64,000 nt of DNA from Cetorhinus maximus (taxonomy: Eukaryota). Location of the stretch: NCBI RefSeq assembly GCF_964194155.1, contig NC_135880.1:91388001-91452000 (forward strand), in the 5' to 3' direction. Shown here piece by piece: positions 11,443 to 22,594 of this stretch. How positions within the stretch are numbered: the first letter of the stretch is position 1; the number at the start of each line of letters is the position of its first letter. The notes under the pieces were generated by a model. That model saw only the letters and a program-made list of their open reading frames with translations, searched no databases and was not told the origin of the DNA. The position numbers and the translations under genes are program-made.

Positions 11443-12672
11443 ATGGGGATTGTGGTCTCTGCTGGAGGCACTTCCTCTGAGGAGGAAGAGAGGGGCAGAA
11501 GGGGGAGGAAGCCAGGTGTCCCTTTTCAGCCTCCAGGGGAGCGATCTGTGGGAGGACTGGCGCAGGCACAAGGGGTGCAGGGCCAGCAGGAAGTCCAGGG
11601 CAGAAGGGGCCGCAGAAGACGCGACTATCCTGCTGCCAGGGTTTACAGGTGGTGATGCAGCTCCCTCAATATGTCCAAGGTGTAATGCTGAAGGAGGCTC
11701 CGCTCTCAAGGGAGACAGTGACCTCCATCTGTCAGATCATCGGCCCTGAGATCAGCTCCGACTGTGTGGATGGACACCCCATGCCAGTGGCGCTGAAGGT
11801 CACGGTGGCCCTCAACTTCTATGCCTCTGGCTCTTTCCAGGGTCTATGGGTGATTTTTGTGGAGTCTCCCTATCAGCTGTCCTCAGTTGCATCAAGCTCG
11901 TGACAGACGCTCTGTTCAGGCGTGCATTGACGTTCATTTACTACTGCATGGACGATGCCAGCCAGGCAGAGTAAGCCAGAGGCTTTGCAGCCATTGCTGG
12001 CTTCCCCCGCATCCAGGGTGCAATAGACTGTACACAAGTGGCCATCAAGTCACCAGCAGGTGAGCCCGGTGCCTTCGTCAACAGGAAGGGCTTCCACTCC
12101 ATGAACGTGCAGATAGTGCGTGACCACAGGATGCAGATTCTGCAAATCTGTGCAAGGTACCTAGGCAGCTCCCCCGATGCCTACATCCTCAGACACTCCC
12201 AGGTGCCGGGGCTCTTCAGTGCTCCAGCCCAGCTGGATGGATGGCTGCTGGGTGACAAGGGCTATCCCCTCAAAAGATGGCTCATGACATCTCTCCGCCA
12301 CCCAAGAACAGAGGCCGAGTAGCGGTACAATAGGAGCCACACCTCCACAAGGGCTGTGGTAGAGAGAACCATCAGTCTTCTCAAGATGCGCTTCTGATGC
12401 CTGGACCATTCAGGGGGCGCACACTGCAATACCCCCCAGATCGTGTGTCACAGATAGTGGCTGCATGCTGCGCTCTGCACAATCTGGCACTGGAAAGGGG
12501 GGATGCAGTGGAGGAAGAAGCTGTTGACGCAGCTGCTCAGGCAACAGGCGATGAGTCCAGTAGTGAGGACGAGCACGGTCAGGAGAACGCTGAAGGGATA
12601 GATGCTGACCTGGGAAACCTCCAGGGAGGCAGGAACACCCGGGACGCTTTGATCCAACGCTCCTTCAGCTAG
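11443..12672 (+). pseudogene. Harbinger (HARBI1-like) DDE transposase, frameshifted
   Basis: Motifs [60 protein letters not shown]; putative 5'-UTR intron 11274-11366 (gtgagt...ttcag). Confidence 0.93.
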
Positions 12673-12988
12673 CCAACCAAATAAGAACCACCAGCACATG
12701 CCAGGGCTGGAGGCTCCATACTCGACACCTGACAGGAACAATTGCTTGGTGAACAACATGCACAATAAAGCTCGATGACAAACAAGTCACTCATAACATC
12801 ATGGGTTACTCTTCAACTGCAGGACTAGTGAAGCACCCAGAGGCTTGTTGAGAACCAAAACATTTAATGCTGTGGTGCTTGGCATACATAAAACAAATTA
12901 AATTGAAAGATGTTATCAATCACACCAAATAATAATTAATGTAAAAGTGGGGGAAAAACATATCACCAGTGATAAGCCCATGTTGTGC

Positions 12989-14855
12989 TTAAGGTGCTTT
13001 AAGTTTTCGTTTGCAGGTGCTAAGTCTAGGTGCTCCCCCCTCACTAGCACCGGCATTGGAGACAGCCTGCTCACTCTGCTGTCCTGTTGGCCTTGATGAC
13101 CTTGGCAGGTATAGTCTGGCCTGTGGAGCCTGTGCTGGCCCCGCCTGGGAGGGAGCGGCCAGTTAACACAGCTGGCATCTCCCCAGTCGCCGCAGCCTCA
13201 TTGGATGCCACGGTCACTGGCAGAGGGGCGGAGGAGCTGTTGCTGTCATCCAAATTGCCCTGAGAGGAGCCCGCAGAGACAACAAGCAGCTCGTGTGCCA
13301 ACATCAGGTTGTTGTGGACCTCCCTGCTCACCATTGATGGATGGGCACCGAACTGGGATACTGGGTGCCCAATCCATCTCCCACACTGACACTGACCACC
13401 TGAAGTCATTGCCGGTGTGAGGATTTGCAGGTCCGATCGCATCCCCAGGAAGCCCTGATTCAGCTCCTGGAGGAGCCTCTCCATGAGAATCACCACTCTT
13501 TCCATGGAGGCAGTGCGCTCGGCCATGAGGGTCATTGCATTGCTCATGATCCACATGGACTCCTCCACAATGGAGACCATGGCACGCATTCCTTCATGTA
13601 TCTCCGCCAGATCCCCCCGCACACCCTGCTGGACTTCCAGCATCTGTTGCCTCAGGGACGACTCCAGAGGCCCATCATCAGCCACCGAATGAGCATGTTC
13701 CTGGTCCCCTGCAGTCCTCCGATTGCTGGTGCCCTGGGCACTCTCTGCCTCCACCTGCACCTCAAGCGAGTGTGAAGTGATCCTCACCGCTGTGCACTGA
13801 GATACTACCCGTCGATCTAATGCCCACCGAGGTGCTGGTATCTGCTCTGATGACTGCTTGGCTGAGAGGGTGTGACGCAGGTGCGTTGTGATGGTTGCTG
13901 TCCTCTGAGGTCAGTGATGGGACTTCAGGCTCCTCACTCCGATGGGCTCCTGGTGAGTCTGAAAGGAAGAACAAGGACATGTCATTAGTTGAAGTCATTG
14001 CACTGTTACTATGCATGCCTGGCACCTGGATCAGGGTGCCCTCATCTTTCCATTATCAATGGGGATTCCATGTTCAAGGCTCACATCAATATAGAGACAA
14101 CAGTGGAATGGTTGCTCTTACAGACATCCTGACCTCAGTGCACAGCACTCTTACCTCCCTATGGCACTGCAACCTCACCGCGGCCAGTTGACCAAGGTGC
14201 ATGGCGCTTCTCCAGTTCCAGGGCCTCCTGCTCATATTTACTTTGGATTAGAAGGTGGGGTGGTCCTCTGCCAGTCCGCAACCTCTCTGCATTGTTATGG
14301 GATATCTTCTCCTGAAAGGACAGAGGAGCATTGATTAGTCCACCCTGTACCTGCAGTGCCATTGCAACCTGGCCAATCCCACCTGAGGAACACCTCACAG
14401 GGCTCAGCCGATTCGTGACGCTGGGGCCGCAAGACACTCAGTCCAAGCAGCCAGGGCTCACCCCCTTGCCCAGATGCTGCCTCATTGACATTTGCCACTC
14501 ACACTCTAAGAACTCTGAGGTCCGGGGCAGGGGGGGCCTCTCCTAACTGCTGTGCTAAGTGACTTATGCCAACACAGTACTCACCCTTCCCGATCACAGG
14601 AGGTCATTGAAGCGCTTGCGGCACTGCACCCTTGTGCGCCACACCACATCATGCGAATTCACCCTGGATGCCACCTCCTCCCAGGCATTTTTGGTGAGGT
14701 GGGAGGGCCTCCTCCTCCCATCCCTGGGGACAAGGATCTCTCTGCGCTGCCACCTCCACCAGAAGGGCAGCAAGACGCTCATCGGAAAAACACAAGGCTG
14801 ACTACCCCACCTACCTGCCCTCCTGCCTGCAATGTTCAGCACTTAAGAGCTCCAT
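12989..14855 (-). pseudogene. Harbinger Myb/SANT-like DNA-binding protein gene, 3 exons (14585-14855, 14155-14311, 12989-13958)
   Basis: AWEEVASRVNS...RTRVQCRKRFNDLL trihelix motif; GT-AG introns (AGG/gtgagt, tttcag/GAGAAG, GAG/gtaaga, tttcag/ACTC); coiled-coil-like exon 3; basic C-terminus. Confidence 0.88.
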
Positions 14856-15136
14856 GACGAAGTGCATCTGCTTCACTGGCAGCCGTTGCATGGCTGCTGC
14901 GGCCGCTTTTGAATCGGCCACCGAGTCGCCATTGGACCCAGCGGACATTGAGCTCCCACCCCTGTCTGCCCCTTTTCCCTGTTGTTGCTGTTGTGTCTTA
15001 TGCTGGGCGGGCCTTAATTGGCCCACCTGCATAAAATGGCGGCATGGAGCCGATTGCGGGCATCAGTCAGCAGCTGGCTTCCCGACAGCCCTCGCTGCTC
15101 CCACCGAGCCTGCACGCCGACCGTAAAACTCTGGCC

Positions 15137-15352
15137 ACAGAATTGTTATGGTACAGAAGGAGGTCATTCGGCCCATTGTGTCTGCACAGGCTCTCCAAAT
15201 GAAGCAATTCATCCCGTGCCATTCCCCTGCCTTCTGCCTGTAACCCTGCATATTCTACCTTTTCAAATAACAATCTCATTCCTTTTTGAATGCCTTGATT
15301 GAACCTCCCTCCATCACACTCTCAGGCAGTGCATTCCAGATGCTAACCTCTC
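15137..15352 (-). mobile_element. CR1 (HER1-like) LINE 3' end
   Basis: acagaaggaggtcattcggcccat 3' hairpin region; tail continues at 10972-10984 on the other side of Harbinger element 1. Confidence 0.8.
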
Positions 15353-16799
15353 ACATGCTTTGAAAGCTTTCAGCTATAGGGACCACAAGCAGTTCCTGAC
15401 CCCAGTGGTGTCAGCTGGCTGTCATGAACTTAGGGGAGCTGGTCAATTAAGAGGCTGCCTCTGAGTTCACATCCAATTAAGGATGGTGGTAAGGTTCCTG
15501 ATGTGGGAGGCCCAATCAGGGCGCCTGCAGCACCTGTTGGCCGGCAGCCTCATTGGGGGAGGTGTGAGCTGCTAAGGCAGGGAGAAGATCGTGAGGGCAT
15601 CTCAAAAATGGAGGCATCCTCTGAAACTTTCTGAAGTTGAAAATAAAGAATGGCCGCATTGATCATGTTATCATTGTGGAAGGGAACTCCTCCACAGGAT
15701 TGCTTATGGCCATGGCTGACTTCCACATTCCAGTGGCTCCAAGATAGAAAGAGAAAGTGTTCACAACCTCCAGCCTGCCACTAGCAGGTTCCTCCAGGTA
15801 CCTGTTGTGCTCTCCTCAGCAAGGGGCCCATCCTATGTCAAGAAGATCCTGGCAGCATCAGCAGCCTTCCCCCTTAATGGGTCTAATTAGTTTTTTGCCA
15901 CTGCTTGGTGGGTGGCTGCTACTGTATTGGCCCTGCCTGAGACAAGATCGCTCAGAGGCGGGAACGCATCAGAAAGCCAACCTGATGCCCCAGCTTCAAC
16001 ATTTGCTCCCATTGCACCTCCAACTCTGCCTCTGTGGAGTTGGTAAAGTTCTGTCGGTGTGTCTCTCGATCTGTCACTATGTCTGTCTCTCTTACATTAA
16101 CTACCTGGGTGGATTATAATGCTGTGAACCCATCATTACACTGCCAGAGATGCAGGTAGTGAATTCCACCAGATTCTCCATCAAATACTGAGTTTTCTGG
16201 GAGGTCACTGCCACTGTTTGCATGTGCATCTGATGTTCTGCAAGGGTCCTTCTTTTATAAGCAGGACAGTTGAGATCTGGACCCCAAGGCTCATCTGTCT
16301 ATGGCGAGCATCTCCTGACATTATAATCATTGTGCACTCCCCAGCTCCTCCAGCCTACTTCACCATTTGCTCTGCTCTTGTTTGCTGCCTAATGTGGCTC
16401 AGGTGGTTAGGCAGGTTGAGGGTGATGATAAATCATCTTACATGACAATAATGACTGTACTTTGAAAAGTACTTAATTGGCCTTAGAGCACTTTGGGATG
16501 TCCTAAGGTCATGAAAGGCTCAGTATGAATGAAAATTCTATTTTTCTCTTTTATGTGATTTTGTTCCTCCTCCTCTGTAACCTCTTGCTGTATAATGGTG
16601 CTGAGCTGGCCTCCTGGTGACGCCAATGAGTAAAAGATGGTTGCAGTGTATTCTTGGAAGGTTCTGATAAATCTATTTACCTTGCCTGTCCAGTAAGATC
16701 ATTGATTTTTAGTAGCCATATGGGGGAATTGTACAAGTGGGCCTTACTGTTGTGGTAACTTCCTTCCATCATTTCCGTTTCCTTGAATAACCTTTTTTT

Positions 16800-17165
16800 A
16801 CTTTATTGGGATGTTGGCATCTCTTGCAAGGCCAGCATTTGTTGTCTATCTTTAATTGTTCTGAACTGAGTGACTTTGCTAGGCAATTTCAGAGGGCATT
16901 TAAGTGTCAATAATATTGCAGTGGGTCTGGAATCTTATGTAAGCCAGAGGTTTTCTTCCCCTTCCCTCAAAGACATTAATGAACCAGATGGGTTTTTACA
17001 ACAATTGATGATAGTTGTCATAGTCATCATTACTGAGACTAGATTTATAATTAAAGATTTATTAATTGAACTCAAATTCCACCAGCTGCCATGGTGGGAT
17101 TTGAAACCATGTCCCCAGACAATGGATTACTAGTCCTGTGACATTACAACTACACCACCATCCCC
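16800..17165 (-). mobile_element. tRNA-derived SINE with 3' tail shared with the Zenon/Crack-like LINE
   Basis: Head tggtggtgtagttgtaatgtc...ggtttcaaatccc; tail aaatgctggccttgcaagagatgccaacatccca resembles LINE end 50110-50160; second copy at 47428-47635. Confidence 0.75.
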
Positions 17166-20100
17166 TTCTCTGCATCACAAATACATCCTCCACAATTTAA
17201 TTTGTGCTACTTCTATTGATGCGTCAAGAAATCTGGAGACCCTGCGCTCTCAGATCTTTTACATTTGTTAATCTTTCAACAAAATACATGGTGGCCTATT
17301 AGGTTGCAGTAGCTGTTTAAATCCTCCAGCAGTATACCATTTCCCAGACGGCGATCAGGCAGAAATTCCACTAACAGCATGTCTTCATTATTCAAATTAG
17401 TCTGACCCCAGAAAATTCAGCGGGGCCAGTGCTGTTCATTTGGGCACTGAAGGTCCCAGCCGACACCGTTTCTGTTGTTTACTGCACCAGAGATGGAAGT
17501 CTAGTCTGATAGGCTTTCACTGCTTAAAACAGTATTCCTCAGATCTGATCCAATCAATATGGAAGTGGGACAGACAATATCAAAGATCTTGGATAATTTA
17601 AAAAGGGCTGAGACCATTAAACTGCAAAATTAGCTACTCTGTGGTACTGTTGGTTGAATGATCTTATTAAGCACCATAGCAAAAATGAGAACTGACATCA
17701 AACATTCCTGGCATGAAACTTTGGATGAAAACCAGGTGAATTGCCTCGGAAAATAAGACAGAATGGCAGCAGTCATAAACCACTGAAATTACATATTAGA
17801 GTGAAAAATTGTATAGCTAAATTCAAAATAGACATCATCATGTTTGTAGATCAAAATATTGGACACATGTTTCCAACTATCTGACACTCTTCTGTCTTGT
17901 GTGTTTGGATGGGGGAAGGGTTATACTTTCAGCAATGTTTATTATTTGTACCAAGGATGATTAGCTGGGGACTTCAAGCAACAGCTCTGTAATGTAATTT
18001 TATTTTCTTCACTCAAGTGCCGCAGGGGCAATAGGGCTGTAGACCCTTAAGGAAACTTCTTGTACAATAATACAAACTGAATAGCTCTTTTCCTCTAATT
18101 TTATGACAGAAACAAAACTCAATATAACAATACTGGATGTGTGATGTTTTAATCCAATGACACTATTATCTGTATTACCCCATCACTTAAATCTCAAACC
18201 ATGTTCACTGCTTAAAAGACAATATATTGTATTGAAGTATTATAAACTCTCACTAGTGAGTTTTTAAAGAGCTTATTCTCTCATCAATTGATATGTTGCC
18301 AATATTTCTCCCCTCTTTCTCTTCTCCTGAATGCACAACTCTCTGAGTTGTCAAAGAAAGCTTGTTGGTGCTACAGAATTTCCTAATATGGGCCCCAGTG
18401 AACAACTGGAGTGCTGAAACAGAAAATCTTTAAGAGGTGTGTTTTCATAAAGAATGTTTACTTCTTACTAAAGAAAGCTCACTTAAAAATATTGCAACCA
18501 ATTTTTATGTTCTAATTGTTTTATTTCCCCATGACACAGCAAGGCTATATTGTGAACCATATAAAGTCCCATGTTTCATTCCTGGTTTGGACTGTGTTAG
18601 CTAACCACAACCATACAGCAGCAACAAGAGCACAATAATTAAATCTGAGCAACTGTGGGTTATAGGGAGAGATGCGTCAAGTTCCTGTTAGATATCCAGC
18701 AACCCCACCAGGAAGGGCAAATATGTGGGTAATGGGTGAGGAGAGAAAGTTACGATGTTCCTGCAGTGTAATAGCCTGCCAAATTTGCAATCAAAGTTTA
18801 CATGTGAATAATGATGAATTAGGCGATGTACGATGAGTAAACGAGTGCCCCCGTGGAATCCGGCCTGAACCAGAATTGAAGGTCTCATTGGAGAGGAGAT
18901 GTGATGAGGGAAGAATATTTGCATGAGCAAGGAAAGGAAATAGCCATTTGGGTGGGAAGTGAAGCTGAAGAATGACTTAGAAAATGGCAAAATATCACGG
19001 ATACATGCATTTGGGCACACATACACTTCCCAGCAAATGTCACAGAATTGCAGTCTGAATTGAAAATCTGTGACACTTGCTAGGAAAAAATAGTGTGTGT
19101 TTGTATATGGACATCAAATTTCCCTTGAGGGAGTGTAATTGACAATCGATTATACTCCTTCTGTCTGAGAATTACGAAAATGATAACAAATCTTCAGCTG
19201 TCCTGGAAGCAGCCAGCCATGCTCTGCTGGTGCAGGTGCCTGGGGCCTGCAGCATCAATTTATCACCTTCAGGTAGACATCACGAATCCCACCAAGAGCT
19301 GATCCAAATTATTTAATAAAGGCTGCCCCTCAGAAATCAGCCAGTGTAAAATGGAAGGGTAAACACAGCCAGGCTACCAAAAAGGCAAATTTTTAAAAAA
19401 CTTACCTGAACATGGAACTGGAAAGTGCTGAAGTGCTCCTCCTGGCTCCACTGCAGTCCAACAGATCATTGCCAGCCTTCAGTTGTGTCCCCCCATCACT
19501 TTTGTCCCAGTTACCCCACAATTCCCATTGTCCCCTTCCGAGTTGCCTCCATTTTCACTGGCCCAACCACCACCCACCAACACCCCACACTTGGTAACGC
19601 TAATTCCCAGTCCTCACCCTCTGCAAATCACCATCCCTTCCCCTTTAAACAGGTTTTGAGCAACAGTCTGAAATTTCAATCATCTTTCCCTGGCAGCTCA
19701 TTAGTCTCTTTAAATAAGGTGTGAGATGTAGGCCTAAATTTTCGCTCCTGGGTCAGGAGTGCGGACACAGGGTATTTCCTGGCTCTGCAAACCTGACCCA
19801 AGAGAAAGTGTCCCGGAAGTTGGGATTTTTGTTCCAGGATGGTGTGGTTCCCTGGAAGTTGGGCCCAGTGACCCCAGAATGAGTGCAGGGCCTGCCAGGT
19901 GTGGAGGCGGGTTGGGCTGAAGACATGCCTCAGTGCACCAGCATTTTAATAAAGATTTTTTAAATAGCATTAAAACATAAAACCCAGCCCTCACACCCCC
20001 TCACTGCCCACACACTCCCCATGCCCCATCCATGCCATTTCATTCTCTCTATCTACTCCCCATGACCCCGCATACCGTCCATGCCAATCTATGCCCCTCT

Positions 20101-20267
20101 ACCCACCCCAATGACCCTTTATAGCCCCGTGCCAACTTAGTGCTAACACATGCCAATCCATGCCCCCAACTAACCATCTTTTGCCCTTAGAGCTACCATG
20201 CCTACTCAGTATCCACCATGAACAGACCTCAGGAGCCATGCTGAGATGAAATAAAATAAAGTACTAA

Positions 20268-20985
20268 GGGCAGGATTTTGCCATCGGTGAGCGGGGGCGG
20301 GGCCTGCTCGCCGACGCATAAACTGACGCGGGATGACATCGGGCGGAACCCCCGGCGTCACCACGCCCCATTTAAATTTTCAGGAAGGCAGGGGCGCAGC
20401 AAAATCAGCTGCAGGCCCGCCGACCTGTCAATGGCCAATTGAGGCCATTGACAGGATCGTTTAAACAATTAAAAGACCTGCCCAACCAACCTTAATGTTG
20501 GCAGGCAGGCCAGGAGCCCCGGCGGCAAATAGAAAAAACATGAAACCTCATCCACCGGCGGGATGAGGTTTCATGCATGGTTTAAAAAACTTTAATAAAG
20601 TTTTAGTGAAATTTATTAACATGGCCCATCTCGTGTGACATTGACACATGAGGGGGACATGTTAAGGATTTTTTTTATTTTTCTATTTTTAATCTTTGTA
20701 CAACTTTCAGCGATCTCCCTGAGGCTGCACTTAGCCTCAGGGAGATGCACGCTCTTTCGTGCACATGCGTGAAAGAGCGCACTTTCGCATTTGGGGAATT
20801 CCCCCCCCCCCCCCCCCATCGCACAGGGAGCGCATAGCGCTTCCCGCCGGGCATCACGCTGGGTGGGCCTTAATTGGCCCGCCCACTTAAAATGGCGGCG
20901 GGGCCCGCTTCTCCAGCGGGGATTGGCTCCCCACCCGTCGGAGATTGGGTCGGGCCCACCCACCGGTGGGCAGAAAATTCTGCCC
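20268..20985. mobile_element. Harbinger MITE (opposite orientation to the 4153 copy)
   Basis: TIRs gggcaggatttt / aaaattctgccc; flanks TAA/TTA. Confidence 0.9.
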
Positions 20986-21048
20986 TTAGTGTTTATTGCA
21001 GATTTTAATAAAGCACTCTCGTTCATAAAAACACATTTACTACATTTA

Positions 21049-21714
21049 GGGGAGAATTTTCTCTCCGATGGAGGTGTTGTGCGGGGGCAGGCCTGGGCGG
21101 ACGTGCAGCCAATCAGCGCCCACGATCAGCTGGGCGTTGCCATTTTACATGGGCGAGTCCATTAAGGCCCACCCAGTGTGACACGTGCCCAGAAGCGCTG
21201 AGCACTCCCTGTGCAGGCGGGGTGGAGTAGGCTGAGTTGGGGCTTGCGCTCTTTCGCGCATGCCCGTGAATGAGTGCAGAAATCCCCCTGAGGCACAGAG
21301 CTGCCTCAGGGAGATTAGTTTCACATGTAAAACATTGAATAAAGGGAGAAAATATTTTAAGGACATGTCCCCTCATGTGCAACTGTCACATGAGCTTGGA
21401 CATGTCCATTAATGTTAATAAAAATGTTTCCAACACTTTAAAAACGTTCATGAAATCTCATCCTGCCCATGGATGAGGTTCCATCATAAATGCAAAGGCC
21501 GGCAAATTTAAGGTTGGGCGGGCAGCTCAGGTCAATGTTTTAATTGATTGTTAAATGGCCTTAATGGGCCTTTGACAGTTCTGTTGTGCGCCCGCTGAAC
21601 TGAAAATCTGAATGACACACGGTGATGTCGGGATGCACGCCCAACGTCACTCCGCGTCATTTTACACCTCGGTGAGCGGCCCCGCCCCCGCTCGCTGAGC
21701 CGAAGATTCTGCCC
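21049..21714. mobile_element. Harbinger MITE
   Basis: TIRs ggggagaatttt / aagattctgccc; TSD TTA (21046-21048, 21715-21717). Confidence 0.9.
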
Positions 21715-22292
21715 TTACATTCCTTAAATTACATAATTGCTTATAAAAACAAACATTTCAGTCAAGTGCTTAATCCCTCATAAAACCAAGCATTAGAATT
21801 CATTGTCCTACTTCAAAGAGTCTATAACAATTTGGAGCTGCCAAGCTGTGAAATGGAAGGCACCCAACTGTGAAATTAGTCATGCAGCACAATACAGCAA
21901 TGATAACCCTCAGGTTTATGTCAATAGACAAAGTGAAATGACAAGCAATGATTTCTTTTAATTCTCCACTCAGTTCTTTTCAAAGATTTAAAGGGCAGGA
22001 ATTTTAAATGCCTTGCCAGCTTTTGATAGTTGATTTTGGCACTTTTGACAGTTCCTCTTGACAGCTCTCTTGACAGTTCCAATGAGTTTATGCACATTTT
22101 ATGCACATTCATGTCCACTTTTAACAATCCCATGGCGGCACTTTACTTCTCCCAAAGGGCATCTGACCTCCCACAGAGGTGCCCCGGACCATATCCAAAG
22201 TGGCACCCTACCTCTCCAAAAGGGTAACCCATCTCACCAAAGGACTCTGCAAAGATTAGACCTGCTCTTACCTTGTCTCATCTGCACGCATT

Positions 22293-22594
22293 GGGCAGAA
22301 TTTTGCCATTGGCGTGCGGGATCGGCAGGGGTGGACCCGCCCTTGGATGAGGTTTCCAAAAAAACGCAAAGGCCGCTTGGCCTTTTCGCCTGCCTGTCAA
22401 CTGTTAGGTTGAATGGGCAGTGAAAAATTAACGACAATTGACAACTTAATGGCCTTAATAGGTAGCGCGCCCGCCAACCGAGCTATCACGCAACTGCGCA
22501 ATGACATCGGCAAGCTTGGCCAACGTCATCGCGCGTCATTTCACACTCGGTCGGGTCGGGCGCATGCTCACCCGCTGAGCTAAAAATTCTGGCC
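22293..22594. mobile_element. Internally deleted Harbinger MITE, 302 bp
   Basis: TIRs gggcagaatttt / aaaattctggcc; TSD ATT. Confidence 0.88.

Larger units (their letters stand above)
10985..15136 (+). mobile_element. Full-length decayed autonomous PIF/Harbinger transposon (element 1)
   Basis: TIRs ggccaggattttac / gtaaaactctggcc; TSD ACA (10982-10984, 15137-15139); convergent transposase and Myb/SANT genes; inserted in a CR1 3' microsatellite tail (cacagaatcacagaat). Confidence 0.95.
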
